Source of the DNA: Jimgerdemannia flammicorona
Taxonomy: Eukaryota
Direction of reading: 5' to 3'
Assembly: GCA_003990765.1 (NCBI GenBank)
Contig: RBNJ01000037.1
Location: 1 to 48,538 of the forward strand
DNA length: 48,538 bases
The notes under the pieces are model-generated. The model saw only the letters and a list, made by a program, of their open reading frames with translations. It had not been told where the DNA came from and did no database searches. The translations under genes were made by a program, and so were the position numbers. Shown one piece after another: positions 1 to 12,251 of this stretch. The stretch's first letter is position 1. Each line of letters opens with the position of its first letter.

Positions 1-180
1 GTTATAATTGATTTCTAAATTTGTGTGAGATTTCTTAATAAGATAAAATATGACTTTACTACTACTATTAAGTATAATAGTTTTAAAAAAGTAATTAAGT
101 TATAAAATATTAACCAACTTAAAGAGATATTATAGGTTTAAGTAGTTTTTAAAGAAGAGAATAAAATGAATATTTATATA

Positions 181-554
181 TAGTGCTCTCAAATGAATTG
201 AATCAATTCGAATTGAATTGAATTGAGGATCATTTGAATCGAATTGAGGGTCCAATTCAAAACCTATTTTTAGAAATATAATAACTCGACGAATACATGT
301 CCAAATTCAATGATATTTAGCTTGTTAGATTCCCCTATATAAGAGAAATCTAACAAGCTAAATATCATTGAATTTGGATGTGTATTTGTCAAGTTGTTTA
401 ATTTCTAAAAATAGAGTTTGAATTGGACCTTGAATCGAATTGGACCTCAATTTGAATTGATTTGAATCAAATTGGGCCTCAATTCAATTTGAAGTTTTCG
501 AATCAAATTGAATTTGGGTCCAATTCAATTCAATTTGATTCGCTGGGAGTACTA
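181..554. mobile_element. Non-autonomous hAT-like MITE, foldback/palindromic (copy 1)
   Basis: Ends TAGTGCTCTC.../...GGGAGTACTA (imperfect TIR); 8-bp TSD TTTATATA at 173-180 and 555-562; central perfect inverted repeat 301-331/347-377; GAATT/AATTC-rich subterminal repeats. Confidence 0.85.
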
Positions 555-990
555 TTTATATAATATCTGAGAGAGAAGTCTAAAAGATTTTAGAAATTAA
601 AAAAAAAAAAAAAAAAAAAAGATATCAAGATAGAGTCTTAACTAAAGACAATGAATAAAGTTCTATAATTTTTAAAAAGATTTCATAACTTGCTAAGATA
701 AAAAACTTAGTATCAAAAATGTTTTAATGAAATCTTAATACTATAAGAAATTTCTTAAATATTTAAAATATACTAGAATATTGTAGAAAAAAAAAAAAAA
801 AAAAAAAAAAGACAATATATATATATGTATATATTAGAAAAAAGATATAAAAATATACTATAACAAGCAAAACTTTTATATTTACTAAGTTTATATTATA
901 AAATATAATTCAGATCTATAGTTGTTTGAGTTCATACATATTATAGTTATTTAGTTATATGGCTGTAGTTTCTAATCTATAAGGAAAAAC

Positions 991-1883
991 AAACTGACTG
1001 ATCTCTCTGAAGAGGCTTCTCACTGAGGCAGCAACCTTTGCCACTCCTAAGTATGAGCTGTTGCTGTGCACCATCGACTGGGTCTGGAGACACAATGATA
1101 ATGCACCATCGGCTTCAAAATGCCATGCTGTTTTGTATGACATCAACAATATGGTTGCAGGGCGTGATGGTGCGATCCAGCTAGGAGATGGCACATCACG
1201 CGCCTTGATGCTCAAAATGATAATGTACTTTGATCTCACGCTTGTCTGCCTGCATCGATTCAAGATCCTCATGGAGGCAGTTGATACATTTTCGGGGACC
1301 TCTCCACACCGCGTGGCGTTCTGCTATCAAGCCTGCAAGAATACCATATGCCCTATGGGCCATCCATCTGTACGTTGCCAGGTGTGTTACAATGTCAGTC
1401 TCGATCGAAAGTCGGTTCTCAAGTGGTCGTTTTGGAAGATGGCCAGGTTGTGAAAGTTACACTGTGGGCTCCACCACAGACAGCATGGCTTTCCGTCCCT
1501 GGGATGACAGTTCACAACAATACGTGAATGGGACATTATCTTTGAATCCATTGACAGCAATGGCGTTTGTAAGATTGGGCTCGTTGGAGAAGAATTCCCA
1601 AATCTTGATGCTGAATTGGCAACTCGGCCATATTCATGGGCTTTCTCTCTGACAAGACCAACTAATTGTTGGCTTATCAAACCCCATGATGCAACCACGG
1701 TTACGGTCAACGCATTGTGAATAGTGATTCATAACCTTTCATTTAACATGAATGACCGTACCTGTGCTAGTTTGATCAACGGAATCAATTATGGGACAGC
1801 CTGGAGCAATCTCTCCGAGAGGGTGTACCTTGCCGTGAGCTTATATCGAAATTGTAAGTATCATAAAGGATCGTCGAGACTGA
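991..1883 (+). pseudogene. BTB-BACK-SPRY paralogue A, 5'-truncated (BACK and SPRY part only)
   Basis: Translates LTDLSEE..., LLCTIDWVW..., FDLTLVCLHRFKIL, MNDRTCASLINGINYGTAWSNLSERVYLAVSLY, collinear with the intact copies; several deletions and frameshifts; 5' part replaced by AT-rich DNA. Confidence 0.88.
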
Positions 1884-2770
1884 ATGATGAGGTCATAGAT
1901 GACCAATCTGTTCTTAGCTTAGTAATACTGCCATCATTCTGTACCAAAACCTAAGTTGTATCTTCTCATCTTAAAGCTGTAATTATTTACTTTTGGCTTA
2001 TATATTAACAATTGGTCATCACGCATTTTATATTCAATTATATACTGGTAACAAACAGTAATTGAGTATTATATAATAAAATTTATATTGTATTATCAGA
2101 TGTAAAAAGTCTAGCATACTATTATATTATATTATACATTTGATTCAAAATCAGATATGTCTTCTCTATATATTTAAAATACTTTAACTCAAAGGTCAGG
2201 CAGAGTCAAATGCTAAACCAAGACTTATATCTCTAGTGAACCTTTGAATGGTTCAAATTCTGTTTTGGAGTTTTCTATTAAATAAAGTAGATAATTAAGA
2301 ATTCTTAAATCTTAAGCAAAAATTATTTAGGCTATATATATATATTCTCTTTTACTCTGTGGGTATGTTTCTTATATATTCTTGAAATTGTTGGTTGCAT
2401 TTGTAATACTAAAGATAAAATTTAACAATAAAAACAAAAAACAAAACAAAAAACAAAAAGATAATAAAAATATATATAAACACCAACTTTGAATTTGATT
2501 AATAAATACCCGTCAATATAACCACTGTGGCGAATTTTCTTCACCTGGTAAAGAGTTTGGGTTTTTGTATTATATTAATTGCCTGAACGTCTACCTGCAG
2601 CACAGACGGCCGAGGTGTGGCATCGCGATACAATGCTGTGTTGGACATCCTTTTCCATGTGCAAAAATTATGCTGCGGCACGATTCAGATATAAATATAT
2701 ACGAAAACAGAAAGTAATTCTTCCACGGCCGAAATCACGCGCTACAGAGCCTTTTATTTCTTCCGCTTTT

Positions 2771-3265
2771 ATGAACATGGCCGAGCAATCCGACAGCGGT
2801 CTTAGTCTCAGGGACGACATTGCCTCCATCTGGAAGGACCCAACCTACCACGACGTGACCATTGTCTGTGCTGACGGTATCGAGCTTGTCTGATTTCGAT
2901 TCTCTTACTCTGTCCATGAGAATTTTCACACTGATTCATATGATCTCAAGGCGATGCTGTACGGAAACATGTGAGAGGGTTCCTCTCACCTCGTTGTCCT
3001 CAACGACATAACCTCCGCGGTGCTCAACATCGCCTTCGGCTTTATTTACACCGAGGCCATCGAAAACACCGTCAATGTTTCCATCGCGGTAGGAATATAC
3101 CGCGCAGCAAACTTTCTCCTCCTTCCCAAGCTCATGAAGATGGTGCTGGAACGCATACACGACCTCGCTGATTTTGGTATAGCCTCATCGCTTCTCAACG
3201 AAGCCGTCGCCGCCATCGAAGCCAATAAGGACCTCTACGATGGGCTCTTCAACCCCTTCCGCGAG
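2771..3265 (+). pseudogene. BTB-BACK-SPRY paralogue B, 5' half only
   Basis: MNMAEQSDSGLSLRDDIASIWKDPTYHDVTIVCADG then ...AVGIYRAANFLLLPKLMKMVLER...; exon 1 donor deleted, in-frame TGA, breaks off after NPFR into sequence resembling the 3' flank of copy C. Confidence 0.88.
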
Positions 3266-4373
3266 TTGACTGAGGAGCGTTCAACCAAGACTGGCTCCAA
3301 CTATGAAATATATTTTACTGGATTGCTTAAATTTCAGCCCATACACTTTCTTTCGTTTCTTTAGCCTGTTTCTTACATGTCATTTAGAGTTGTTGGTTTT
3401 GTTTGCAGTACTGGAGTTCAACTTTGACAACAAAATCACTCCGAAATTGCTTAATCAATACCACAGTGGCGTTGACAAAAAAAACCCCCCATAAGACAAA
3501 CGCCAGTCATGGAGTATCTTAGAAATCACCCTCGTCGACTTTGATACATACTATATATTATTATGGCCGAGCATTATTATTCTAGAAGGCATCTTAAAGT
3601 TTTTGACGAGCCACCATCCGACAACTCGACCCCGAAACTTGGGGCAAGGAGGGATATGATTCCTATTTGATCCAAAGGGTATTATCTCCCATATATTGTT
3701 TAATTCACTCGTTTCCCTAATCAGCGGGCTTGTTTTACAGTGTTACGATACTCACTTAGGTCCTCTCACATATATACAACCACCCTGTTTAAACCTGAAT
3801 CCGAGCCTATTCCGAATCCGGGCATATTCGAGCTTTTAGCGGTATTCAGCCGAACAAAGGGATCATAGGTTGGTGCGTGGGTCGGTGCAACTAAAACATG
3901 CAGATTCTCGACATCGAGAATGAGAAATAAAAACAATCAACGAACACAACCCAGCGTAGGTGCTCGCCGTTGGGCCAATGGACGCGTCGGAGGTGCGGTT
4001 CGTCTCGGCCGGGAGTTGACGGTGATAGCGTCCTGGTCAGAGCTACAGCAGTTCTATATGATGGCGGGTCGTGCCCGTGGCTGACGGACCTCACCCCGTA
4101 CGTGTACGACGGCGGTATGCGCGACGACCAAGGAGCGTTTGACAAGGCCATGGATCTGGCTCCTGCAAAGCCATTCAAGGCTCAAAATGTTCTACCTGTT
4201 CTATTCCCTGTGGCCGAGTGAGGAGTTTGACAAGGGTGGTCAATGAGTGTGAAGGAGGTGGACCAAGTTTTGATGTATTGCGGGGAATGTGTGGGTGTGT
4301 GAGAATGTTAACCTATAACAATAGGGGAATCCAGTTTATAAATCATTTAATCTTGCTCCCATTTCGCTTCATG

Positions 4374-4375
<2 letters not shown>

Positions 4376-4438
<63 letters not shown>
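4376..4438. repeat. Poly(T) homopolymer (~60 nt)
   Basis: Directly visible run of T. Confidence 0.9.
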
Positions 4439-4450
<12 letters not shown>

Positions 4451-4933
4451 CGGTTTCCACTGACACTCGGATCCCATCACGAATGTTTTATTCTGTACAA
4501 GTGGCGTTATAAAATCTGCATATGTAGTCCCTCAAAGATAGGCTAGCTTAGTCGTAATCTGCTGTCCGGAGCGCGGGGGGGGGGAGGGAGCCGCTCTCGA
4601 CCAGCGTAAAAACAACCTTCTTCTCAACCCCCGGGCGACCAGAAAAAACTCTTCAACGTCCTAGCGGGTGGTGGTGGCCATTTCTACTGCGTAAGGACCA
4701 GCGAGCCGGCATATACATGTGTGGAATGTGCGGTGGTTCTGAAGAGGAAATGCGTGATCCTCATTTGGCGATTAACACGTCAGTGAGCCACAAAGAAACC
4801 CGGCCCGATAGCCATTTGATTGAACCAGCAGGTTCCTTCCCAACCGGGCTTCGCGTTGTTTGCGTTGTTTTAAATTCCGACAAGATTTTAATTTTCTGGC
4901 CACGCATTTTTGCTCCCATTCTTCCAGAAAGCG

Positions 4934-5588
4934 ATGGGTGCCCCGTGCTTTGCGTTGTCAGTCGGAGCGCTACGGAGTGCCCCGTTGCTAGTAGACTCCT
5001 TCTCGTCACTTCTCGCGCTCTGGAGGCTCAAGCCCCCCGAGGTCTCGCCGGCAGCGAAGGGGCTGCTAGCTCGCGCGAAGGTATCTGACTCGAGCGAGCC
5101 GTTGACACCGCGCCCGCCTTGTGCAGAGTGAGCTTTTTACGAAACGTTATCTCTCAATACACAAGGTCGACAACCAAACAACTTTGCCTAACCCATATAT
5201 TTCCCCTGTACCTGCAGAATCCTTATACCCGCTCACCCCATCATCCCTCCCATCCCCATCACCACCGCCGCCATCACATTCGACTCCTCGAGTCCCGTGT
5301 GCCCGCGGTGCGAGTCCGATCTGAGCGTGGACTCGTACTACGCGTGCGACAAATGTGAGGACAGCGACGCTTGCCATTGTCTGGGTTGCGGGTACCAGTG
5401 CGTGTGCCTGGACTGCGGGGTGAGTATACTGGTTGCCTTCCACTATAATGGATTGGCGAATTTAATGGGTTCTAATGTTTCTTTTCTTTTCTTTTTTTCC
5501 ATGGACTTCCTACCAATAGAGGGTTGTCGAGAGCAAGCCTTTAATCCCGACGGAGCCTAAACTAAAACGGCATAGAAACAGGAACTGA
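4934..5588 (+). CDS. Predicted 3-exon gene (4934-5127, 5218-5419, 5520-5588), ~154 aa, with a Cys-rich putative zinc-binding domain
   Basis: GTGAGC..CTGCAG and GTGAGT..AATAG introns keep the frame open; exon 2 encodes CPRC-x10-ACDKC-x5-CHCLGC-x3-CVCLDC (10 Cys); basic C-terminus KLKRHRNRN; an upstream exon is possible (acceptor-like TTCTTCCAG ending at 4927). Confidence 0.6.
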
Positions 5589-6031
5589 ACCCTTGTACTA
5601 TTGGTGCAATTGGCCATATAGACCATTTCGTCCTCATTTCTCCGTCAAAATAGACTCAATCGCCTACAAATATTTGGTATCTTTCGTATATGAAGCCCTC
5701 CGTGCTCTGTATCAACAGCAGCACAATTTTTTTTTGACGTACATCATGTTTTGAAATCTCCGCTTCAAAACGTCATAGAAATGGCCAGAGCATGTACCAA
5801 TCAAGACAAGACGATCCTTGTCCTTCGCACCTTCCTCCGTCTATCTTGATAAATGACAGGTCGGAAGCGCATGCAATGGTGCGAGATGACATAAATAAAT
5901 TTGTATTGGCAAACTTTGAGTTTATTTCGCTTTCTTTGAAGCTCAGTCAAACGGCTTAATTTATATTTCTAAGGACAGAATGAGTTGATAAAATACTTTC
6001 TCTAATGAAAATAAATAAATAAATAAGCTAT

Positions 6032-6919
6032 TTACACGCGCATGACGCAAGCCCACTTGCTCAGGTTAAAGTTTTCTTGCAGGAGGAAGTTCTTCTTCCC
6101 AAGTTTGACATTCCACTTCACACCATTCTTGTCTGTCTTGAAATTTCCAAACTCCACGGGCACCGTTCAGCGTTCTCTTCGTTCTCGTTGTCGACCTATG
6201 CGTTGATGAGCGGGTCGGAGATGGCTTCCATCGGCTCGTGGCCAAGGACGCTGATCATCGCATCGGCACCAAATTGGCCGTTGGGTGAGCGCGGGTATTG
6301 GTTGCCCGAGCATGTGCTAAGGGCATTGCGTTGTCGAGTCGCCGATGAAGGCGTACTGATTGGCTTTGTAATAGGAGTGATAGCCACACATGCGAGAACA
6401 AAAGCCGTTAGGGTGACGTCGGGCGAGGTGTACACGACGTAAATAACGTTAGGGTTTGATGGTAGAGTGTTACGCTGAATTGCGCTTGACACCACGTTGT
6501 GGATAGCGTTCTGTGTCAGGTTTTTGCCCTGACTGTAGTTGTCGGAGTAGGAGATGTAGCCCCTGACATATTGCTTCTGTCGGATATGGTAATATTCCTT
6601 CTCGATGTTGAAGTACGCGGACGAGGGAGAGATGGTCGATAAAATAGGTAAACAGGTTTTTGGCGGACTCCAGTTGCCGTAGTAGATCTGGTAAACTTTG
6701 ACCGGGCCTATCATGACCGGGCCGCCTTGTATGGTAGGTTGATTGGGCCGTCGGAGGCGAAGCTCTTAGCGTGGCTAACGTTGATGGTTGTACCGATGAC
6801 GCCCATCGGGCCCAGGGTCACGTTGGTCTCGGGGACCGGAGAAAGGTGAGTGGGGCGCGCGGTGGCGGTCGGGGTAAGAGAGTGAGGACGGAGAGGGAGA
6901 GGATGCTGAAGGCCTTCAT
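6032..6919 (-). pseudogene. PHI-1/EXORDIUM-like (phosphate-induced protein 1 family) secreted protein, disrupted
   Basis: Signal-peptide-like start MKAFSILSLSVLTLL; motifs GPVMIGPVKVYQIYYGNW, YSQGKNL, IYVVYTSPDV, SPNGQFGADAMISVLGHEPMEAISDP..NA*, ENAERCPWSFG, FLLQENFN; TAG at the conserved Trp (6196-6198) and frameshifts. Confidence 0.8.
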
Positions 6920-8610
6920 TTTTGGGTTGGGCATTATTGCTGAAAAGGGAGTGGAATGTGAGAATTGAGGCGCGTTGCGATTTCTTCTTCAGGTTATGAG
7001 AAGGAATGAGAGAGAGTAAGATAAGGGTGATGGTGTAAAGTCAGATGCTTTTATATCGCTTGAACGACAGTAAAGGTCATGCGTAGTTTGCCTCGGCGGA
7101 CCATGGTTTTTGATTACTGTATCAAAAATACATCGAATACCAATTTCAAGGTTCCACACATTTTTACGTCTGTCCAGATTGACAAAGGTTAATGTTGCAC
7201 ATTGTAAATGTGCAAGGTTCCGCGCATTAAACAGAACGAGTCAACTTGTACCACATGAACGTAAGGACACTCGGAGGGAAATGGACTTTAACAGGCTTCA
7301 CTGTTATTTAAGCGCTCGTCGCATTGATTGAGAATTACTTTCACCCACTGACGACAGGTAAGAACACAACGACTGAGTACATCAATTCCAATGTTGACAA
7401 TGATCAGTACCGAATCATTACGGCATTGCAGTTCACCCGAATCGGACGGAGTATCAAATTATAATTGCGTTAATTTCCGCTATGCTCTAACCAAGCACCC
7501 AGATCAGATCGGGCAATCGGGCTAAAGTGGCTTCAAAGGGCGACGATCGACGGCCGCCTGAATACACATAATACAACGAGGGTCATTTCGCTCAGTCATG
7601 TGTGTATCCGTATGTAGGTCAGTCATAATTTTGAGAGCTATTGCATGCAAGGCGGTGTCTTCACTTCTGAAAAATTCCCCCCACTAACAGCTCCAAGATT
7701 CTGAGGCTTATGATCCACGGGTTTTGCGGCTATGCTGCAACTTTGTATCGACTCCACTGAATAAAGCTGAACGAAAATAGAACCCAATCGAGCTGATGCG
7801 CACTTAAACTTGAACAATCTGTAATACACAAGATCGTACAGTTATGTTTTAACCAAGTGGTAATTATTGATGGGTAATACAACCGCTCGTAGATTGTATA
7901 TATATACATGATTCAACAACAATGAACTTCAACAACAATAAACAATTGCGGGGCCCTAAAAAAATAAAAAAATAAATAATATAACACATGATACAGAACC
8001 TGAGCCTGAGACATCTGCCAGCTGAGATCGTTGGATAAATCGTCCGTGTTGCTGCATTAGAATATAGTACACTCCAATATGTCGATCAACATAAACCATC
8101 TCTTGTATTTCTGTCTGTTGAAATTCTATTACAATGACTAAGCACAGAACAGCAATGAACAATTACAAAACGCAGAATCACTCTTCATGGCTCAACCTAG
8201 AAGGCCAACTACTGCGAGTACTTATGAAGCGATTTTAGTAGTTGTCAGCAGAGGGGTCTCATTGGTGAGGCGGGGCATCTCGTTAGTGGACACGAACCTC
8301 GTCAGTGTGAATCACAGCGGCGGGAATTGGAGGATCAGAATGTCACCAGGGTGTTTATGAACGAGCTATCTGTGGACATAATAGGGCTATAACATCAACT
8401 CACAGGTACCTGCGGCTGACACGTGCTCCGCACTCTAGAGTGCGTTCACAGCAGGGAGACCTCGGCGTCGACAATCTCTGTGGGGGAGTTTCTTAGGTTC
8501 ATTCTCGTTTCGTGAATGTCGTGGGCGTGGGAAGTGAAATTGTATGAGACGGACACTTTTAATATGACTTACAGAACGTCACACGGGAGAAAGTAACTTT
8601 TTAAAATGAA

Positions 8611-8907
8611 CCCACAATTTTTTTAATTCATTAGTAATAGTTCTATATAAACAATGGTTCGCCTAATTAATGCATTGGGGACAAATGCAGTAGGGGATCG
8701 AAGCAAATTCGGGTCCTGGTCACGTCATATATATATATATAGTTAATTTTTGTGGATGTGGGAAACGATAACCCACAATTTTTTGAATTCATTACTAACA
8801 ATTGTATATAACAATGGTTCGCCTGATTTCATGCAGCGGGGACAGGAGCTGGTGTTTTCTCTTTTTCACTGTTGGATCAGTTTTGTGGTTACGTAGGGGA
8901 TCGAAGC
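8611..8907 (+). repeat. Local imperfect direct duplication (~90-bp core; 8611-8704 vs 8772-8907)
   Basis: CCCACAATTTTTT(G/T)AATTCATTA...ACAATGGTTCGCCT...GGGGACA...GTAGGGGATCGAAGC occurs twice. Confidence 0.75.
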
Positions 8908-9025
8908 TCGAGATTGGCTGGTTGGTGTCTTTAGCTTGTCACGCTGGATGTAATATATATGATATCCAAAGTGCCATGCCATATTCGCTGAGCCACCCAC
9001 ATAATTATTTTTCTGTTTTTTTCAG

Positions 9026-9502
9026 TCCACGACCTACACCCTGGAATCAGCGACATTTTCCGATATCGACTCGCCAGTTCTCCTCGCATCCGACGGCCAA
9101 CGCCACCTCATCGCAGTCCTTGCCGCCAGCACACGGGAGGAGCTGGCTCACTCCGTCGTCAGCGAAACGTGCTTCATTCTCTCCCCAGCCCATCATCCTC
9201 GACCCAATCTCGCCGTACCTGCTCACTGAGTGGAATCTACCCCCTGCGTGGGATCTGGACCTCCCGCTCTTCTTGCGCGCCTCTGCATTCACCTGCGGCA
9301 CCAGAGACGTAGGCTCGGCCACCTGTTGATGTCACTCATGCAACGGCAGTTTACGGGGCGTCCTATCGTGCTGGATTGTTGTTATGGAAATCATCACTTG
9401 TGTAGGTTCTACGAGGAGTGTGACTTCAAGAGGGTTAGGGCGTTTCCGGAAGAGGAATGGTTTGTCAGAGCGTTTATCTGGCAGAATGGGCATACTTTGT
9501 AA
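9026..9502 (+). pseudogene. GNAT-family N-acetyltransferase, degenerate
   Basis: LARLCIHLRHQRRRLGHLLM (motif A, Q/RxxGxG-like) followed by IVLDCCYGNHHLCRFYEECDF (motif B, N..L..FY...GF); the upstream part is interrupted by a stop or frameshift. Confidence 0.6.
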
Positions 9503-11032
9503 GCAACGACTATCAGGGTGTGGCTTCGTATAATATCTCTTAGCATTACTGTACTATATTGTCTCTCTAAATTGCGAAACGTTACGATTCAAGTAAAGAA
9601 TGGTTTAAAAGTTTGAAACCAATAACGCAAATTCAACATATTGTGCTATTTTGAAAGTTGGGTTCCTCCCTTCATTGTGAATATACGATTTGATTGGCAA
9701 TTCGATATTTTGCCGTGGATATTACTCTTCAGAGAATATTAGTTTTCAACATTAGCATCAGCGCCACTAATGAGGGGACGTGTTTTGATAGTCACAACTC
9801 TGCTCCCTAAGCCACGCGAACTTTATTGCGACGAGAAGATATTTATAAGCAGTGGACAAAAAGTCTTTAGTCCGAAGGATTCGCATGCATATTTGGGCTT
9901 AGTTCGATACCAACTCGAACATAAACGAAAAATTGTGTAGTTATACGTTTTCGCTAAAGGCACGAAATCAGCACCATGGAGAAAACCGAACCATCTGCTT
10001 CTTATATTACTCTGATATTATCGATGGCATGGATATGCGTCTCAAGATCATTTATCCTCTCCCTGCCACCATCACCAGGTCGCCAATCGTCGATGAATCG
10101 TCCTCGCCCGCGCCCTCTGTAGGCATCACGCCGAACACATCTAGATATGTACATAACAGGGCTCAGGGAAGACACCAGATGCAATGTTTCCACAACCTGA
10201 GAAAATGTAATTTATATTTTTTATTTATTTAAATAAAATAAAATCACAATATAACTGTATCAAGATAATGAAATATATAAAAAGGTTGATTGTCTGCAAT
10301 GAGGGCGTTGGGTGTATCCCCTATGCGTAATTAGGTTTGTAGTATGTATCAGTAATATTTCACTACGAACACATTCACGATAGCACCATGCTAGTCTGCC
10401 CAATATCTAATCAAAATAGAATACATAAATGCGTAACTCGCAAATCATTTATAACGACTCTATGATCACCGACTGGGCATCCATCCAGCTGGGCGGGTCA
10501 ACCCTGCCGAAAATGCTCGCATTAAAAAGAAACCGAGGCGGGGGATGTTATTATACACATTTACAACATCCGTGAACGAACAAAAAATCAATCGAGTTGC
10601 CATTACAGCTTTTCGGGTCTGATCACGTAATAAAAGCATGTGAATACTATTGTTTGGCATGCCCCCCGGGGACCCGTTTCCTTACTAGTTAGTGGCCGCT
10701 AAAACTTTTTTTTCTTCTCTCACTAGGAAATGAAGGGGGGAGGACTTCGTTATTAGATTTATCGCTCTCTTTTGCATAAATAAATGTTGTGTTCAGTGAC
10801 GTTAGTTTGTTGGATGTAATGACTTTCCAATCAAGTGAGAAACCGTTTGGCTGGGGTCCACAAACTGTGGTTGAATGGCGGTCTTGGGGATTTTGGAGGG
10901 TGAATGGGGAAGAAGAATACAAAGGCGCAAACGCAACATTCAAACGACACCAGCAGGAAAATTGGAATCACGTTTTGATTGACGACACTTGGTCACGCAT
11001 ACAACACAATCTTTATTCGTTACTTGGCAAAG

Positions 11033-12251
11033 CTACCCAACAACGATTTCACTCACCAACGGACGCCAGTTGCTGAAACGGTATGAAAAATGCATGTACA
11101 CGTTCACCCGCCTGCCACCTACATAGTGATACGTATGATATGACCTTTGTTCGAACGCCCTATATTCCCAATTGCCATGGCTAAAAACGGGTGTCACCGT
11201 ATACAAAACCCAAGGGTCCACCGCCCCAATCTCCACGATTCCTTTCATTATCAAAGGATAGTGGACTTCGTCGACGCCATTAATGGTCTGAAACACCCGA
11301 CCAGTCAGAGAAATGGTGCCCATCCCTTGAATAGTCAAAGATAGAAAGATATGATGAATCAACTTGGTTTCTGCATGAAAGACATGTCAGAGAAGGCGAA
11401 ATAACATGCCTCGCGAAAAGCAGACGACCGGCGATGTCGTAGATAAAGGCGGCGATGTAGTAGATAAGGTTCACGATGTCGTAGATAAGCTCGACGATCT
11501 GGTAAAGAATGCCTTCTGAAATATCCTCTCGCCGAAGATATAAGTTGGCGGCGGCTTCTTCAGAAATATTGTACACTGATTGACGAACATAGAATGACTT
11601 AGTACTATCTGGCAAAATTTGAATACTTGGCGACACAAACGATCTGCTCACCTTTTGCTATCAAACGGTTTTGTTTCACCACGGGGTCGTCGTCGCTTCC
11701 CGGAATGTGGCGAACTATAGGAATTTGATCGCAGCGGCTTCTTCGGAGATATTGTGCACTGATTGACGAACATAGAATAACTTAGCACTATCTGGTGACA
11801 TTTGAATACGTGGCGAAAAACGATCTGCTCGCCTTTGGCGAGAAAGCGGTTGGTTTTATCTTCTTCGCTTCCTGGAATGTAGGGAACTAAAGAAAAGAGG
11901 GCATTTAGCACTAGGCTTTGCTACTCCTAGGATAGAGAAGGAAAACCAGCATACAAGTAGCAGGAGGCTTACCGGTGGGTTCTTCCAAGCGCCTACTTGG
12001 TATGTCGTTCAGGTCGTCCAGGTCGTCGTTCGCGTCGCCTAAAGAAAAGAGGGCATTTAGCCCTAGGCTTTGCTACCCTTAGGATAGAGAAGGAAAAAAA
12101 AGACAGACGGCATACGAATGGCGGGAGGATTGACGGCGGACTCTCCCAAGCGGCTTGGAGTGTTGTTCAAGTTGTGGTTCGACATTGTGACCTTCTCCGT
12201 CATTTCCATCATTTCCGTCATTGTGATCATGAGAAGAGCAATGTTGCTCAT
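11033..12251 (-). CDS. Orphan multi-exon gene with duplicated exon/intron units (exons ~12251-12116, 12038-11955, [11886-11833], 11714-11652, 11575-11429, 11370-~11057)
   Basis: GTATG..TTCTTTAG and GTGAGC..CAATCAG introns; all junctions are phase 1 and the frame stays open through the ORF-track segments MSNIALL..., VYNISEEAAANLYLRRED..., IHHIFLSLTIQGMG...; 3' end uncertain. Confidence 0.55.

Noticed and set aside
3970-4221. Short GC-rich ORF (…YDGGMRDDQGAFDKAMDLAP…)
   Set aside because: Looks like a coding fragment but has no recognisable family, start or gene structure
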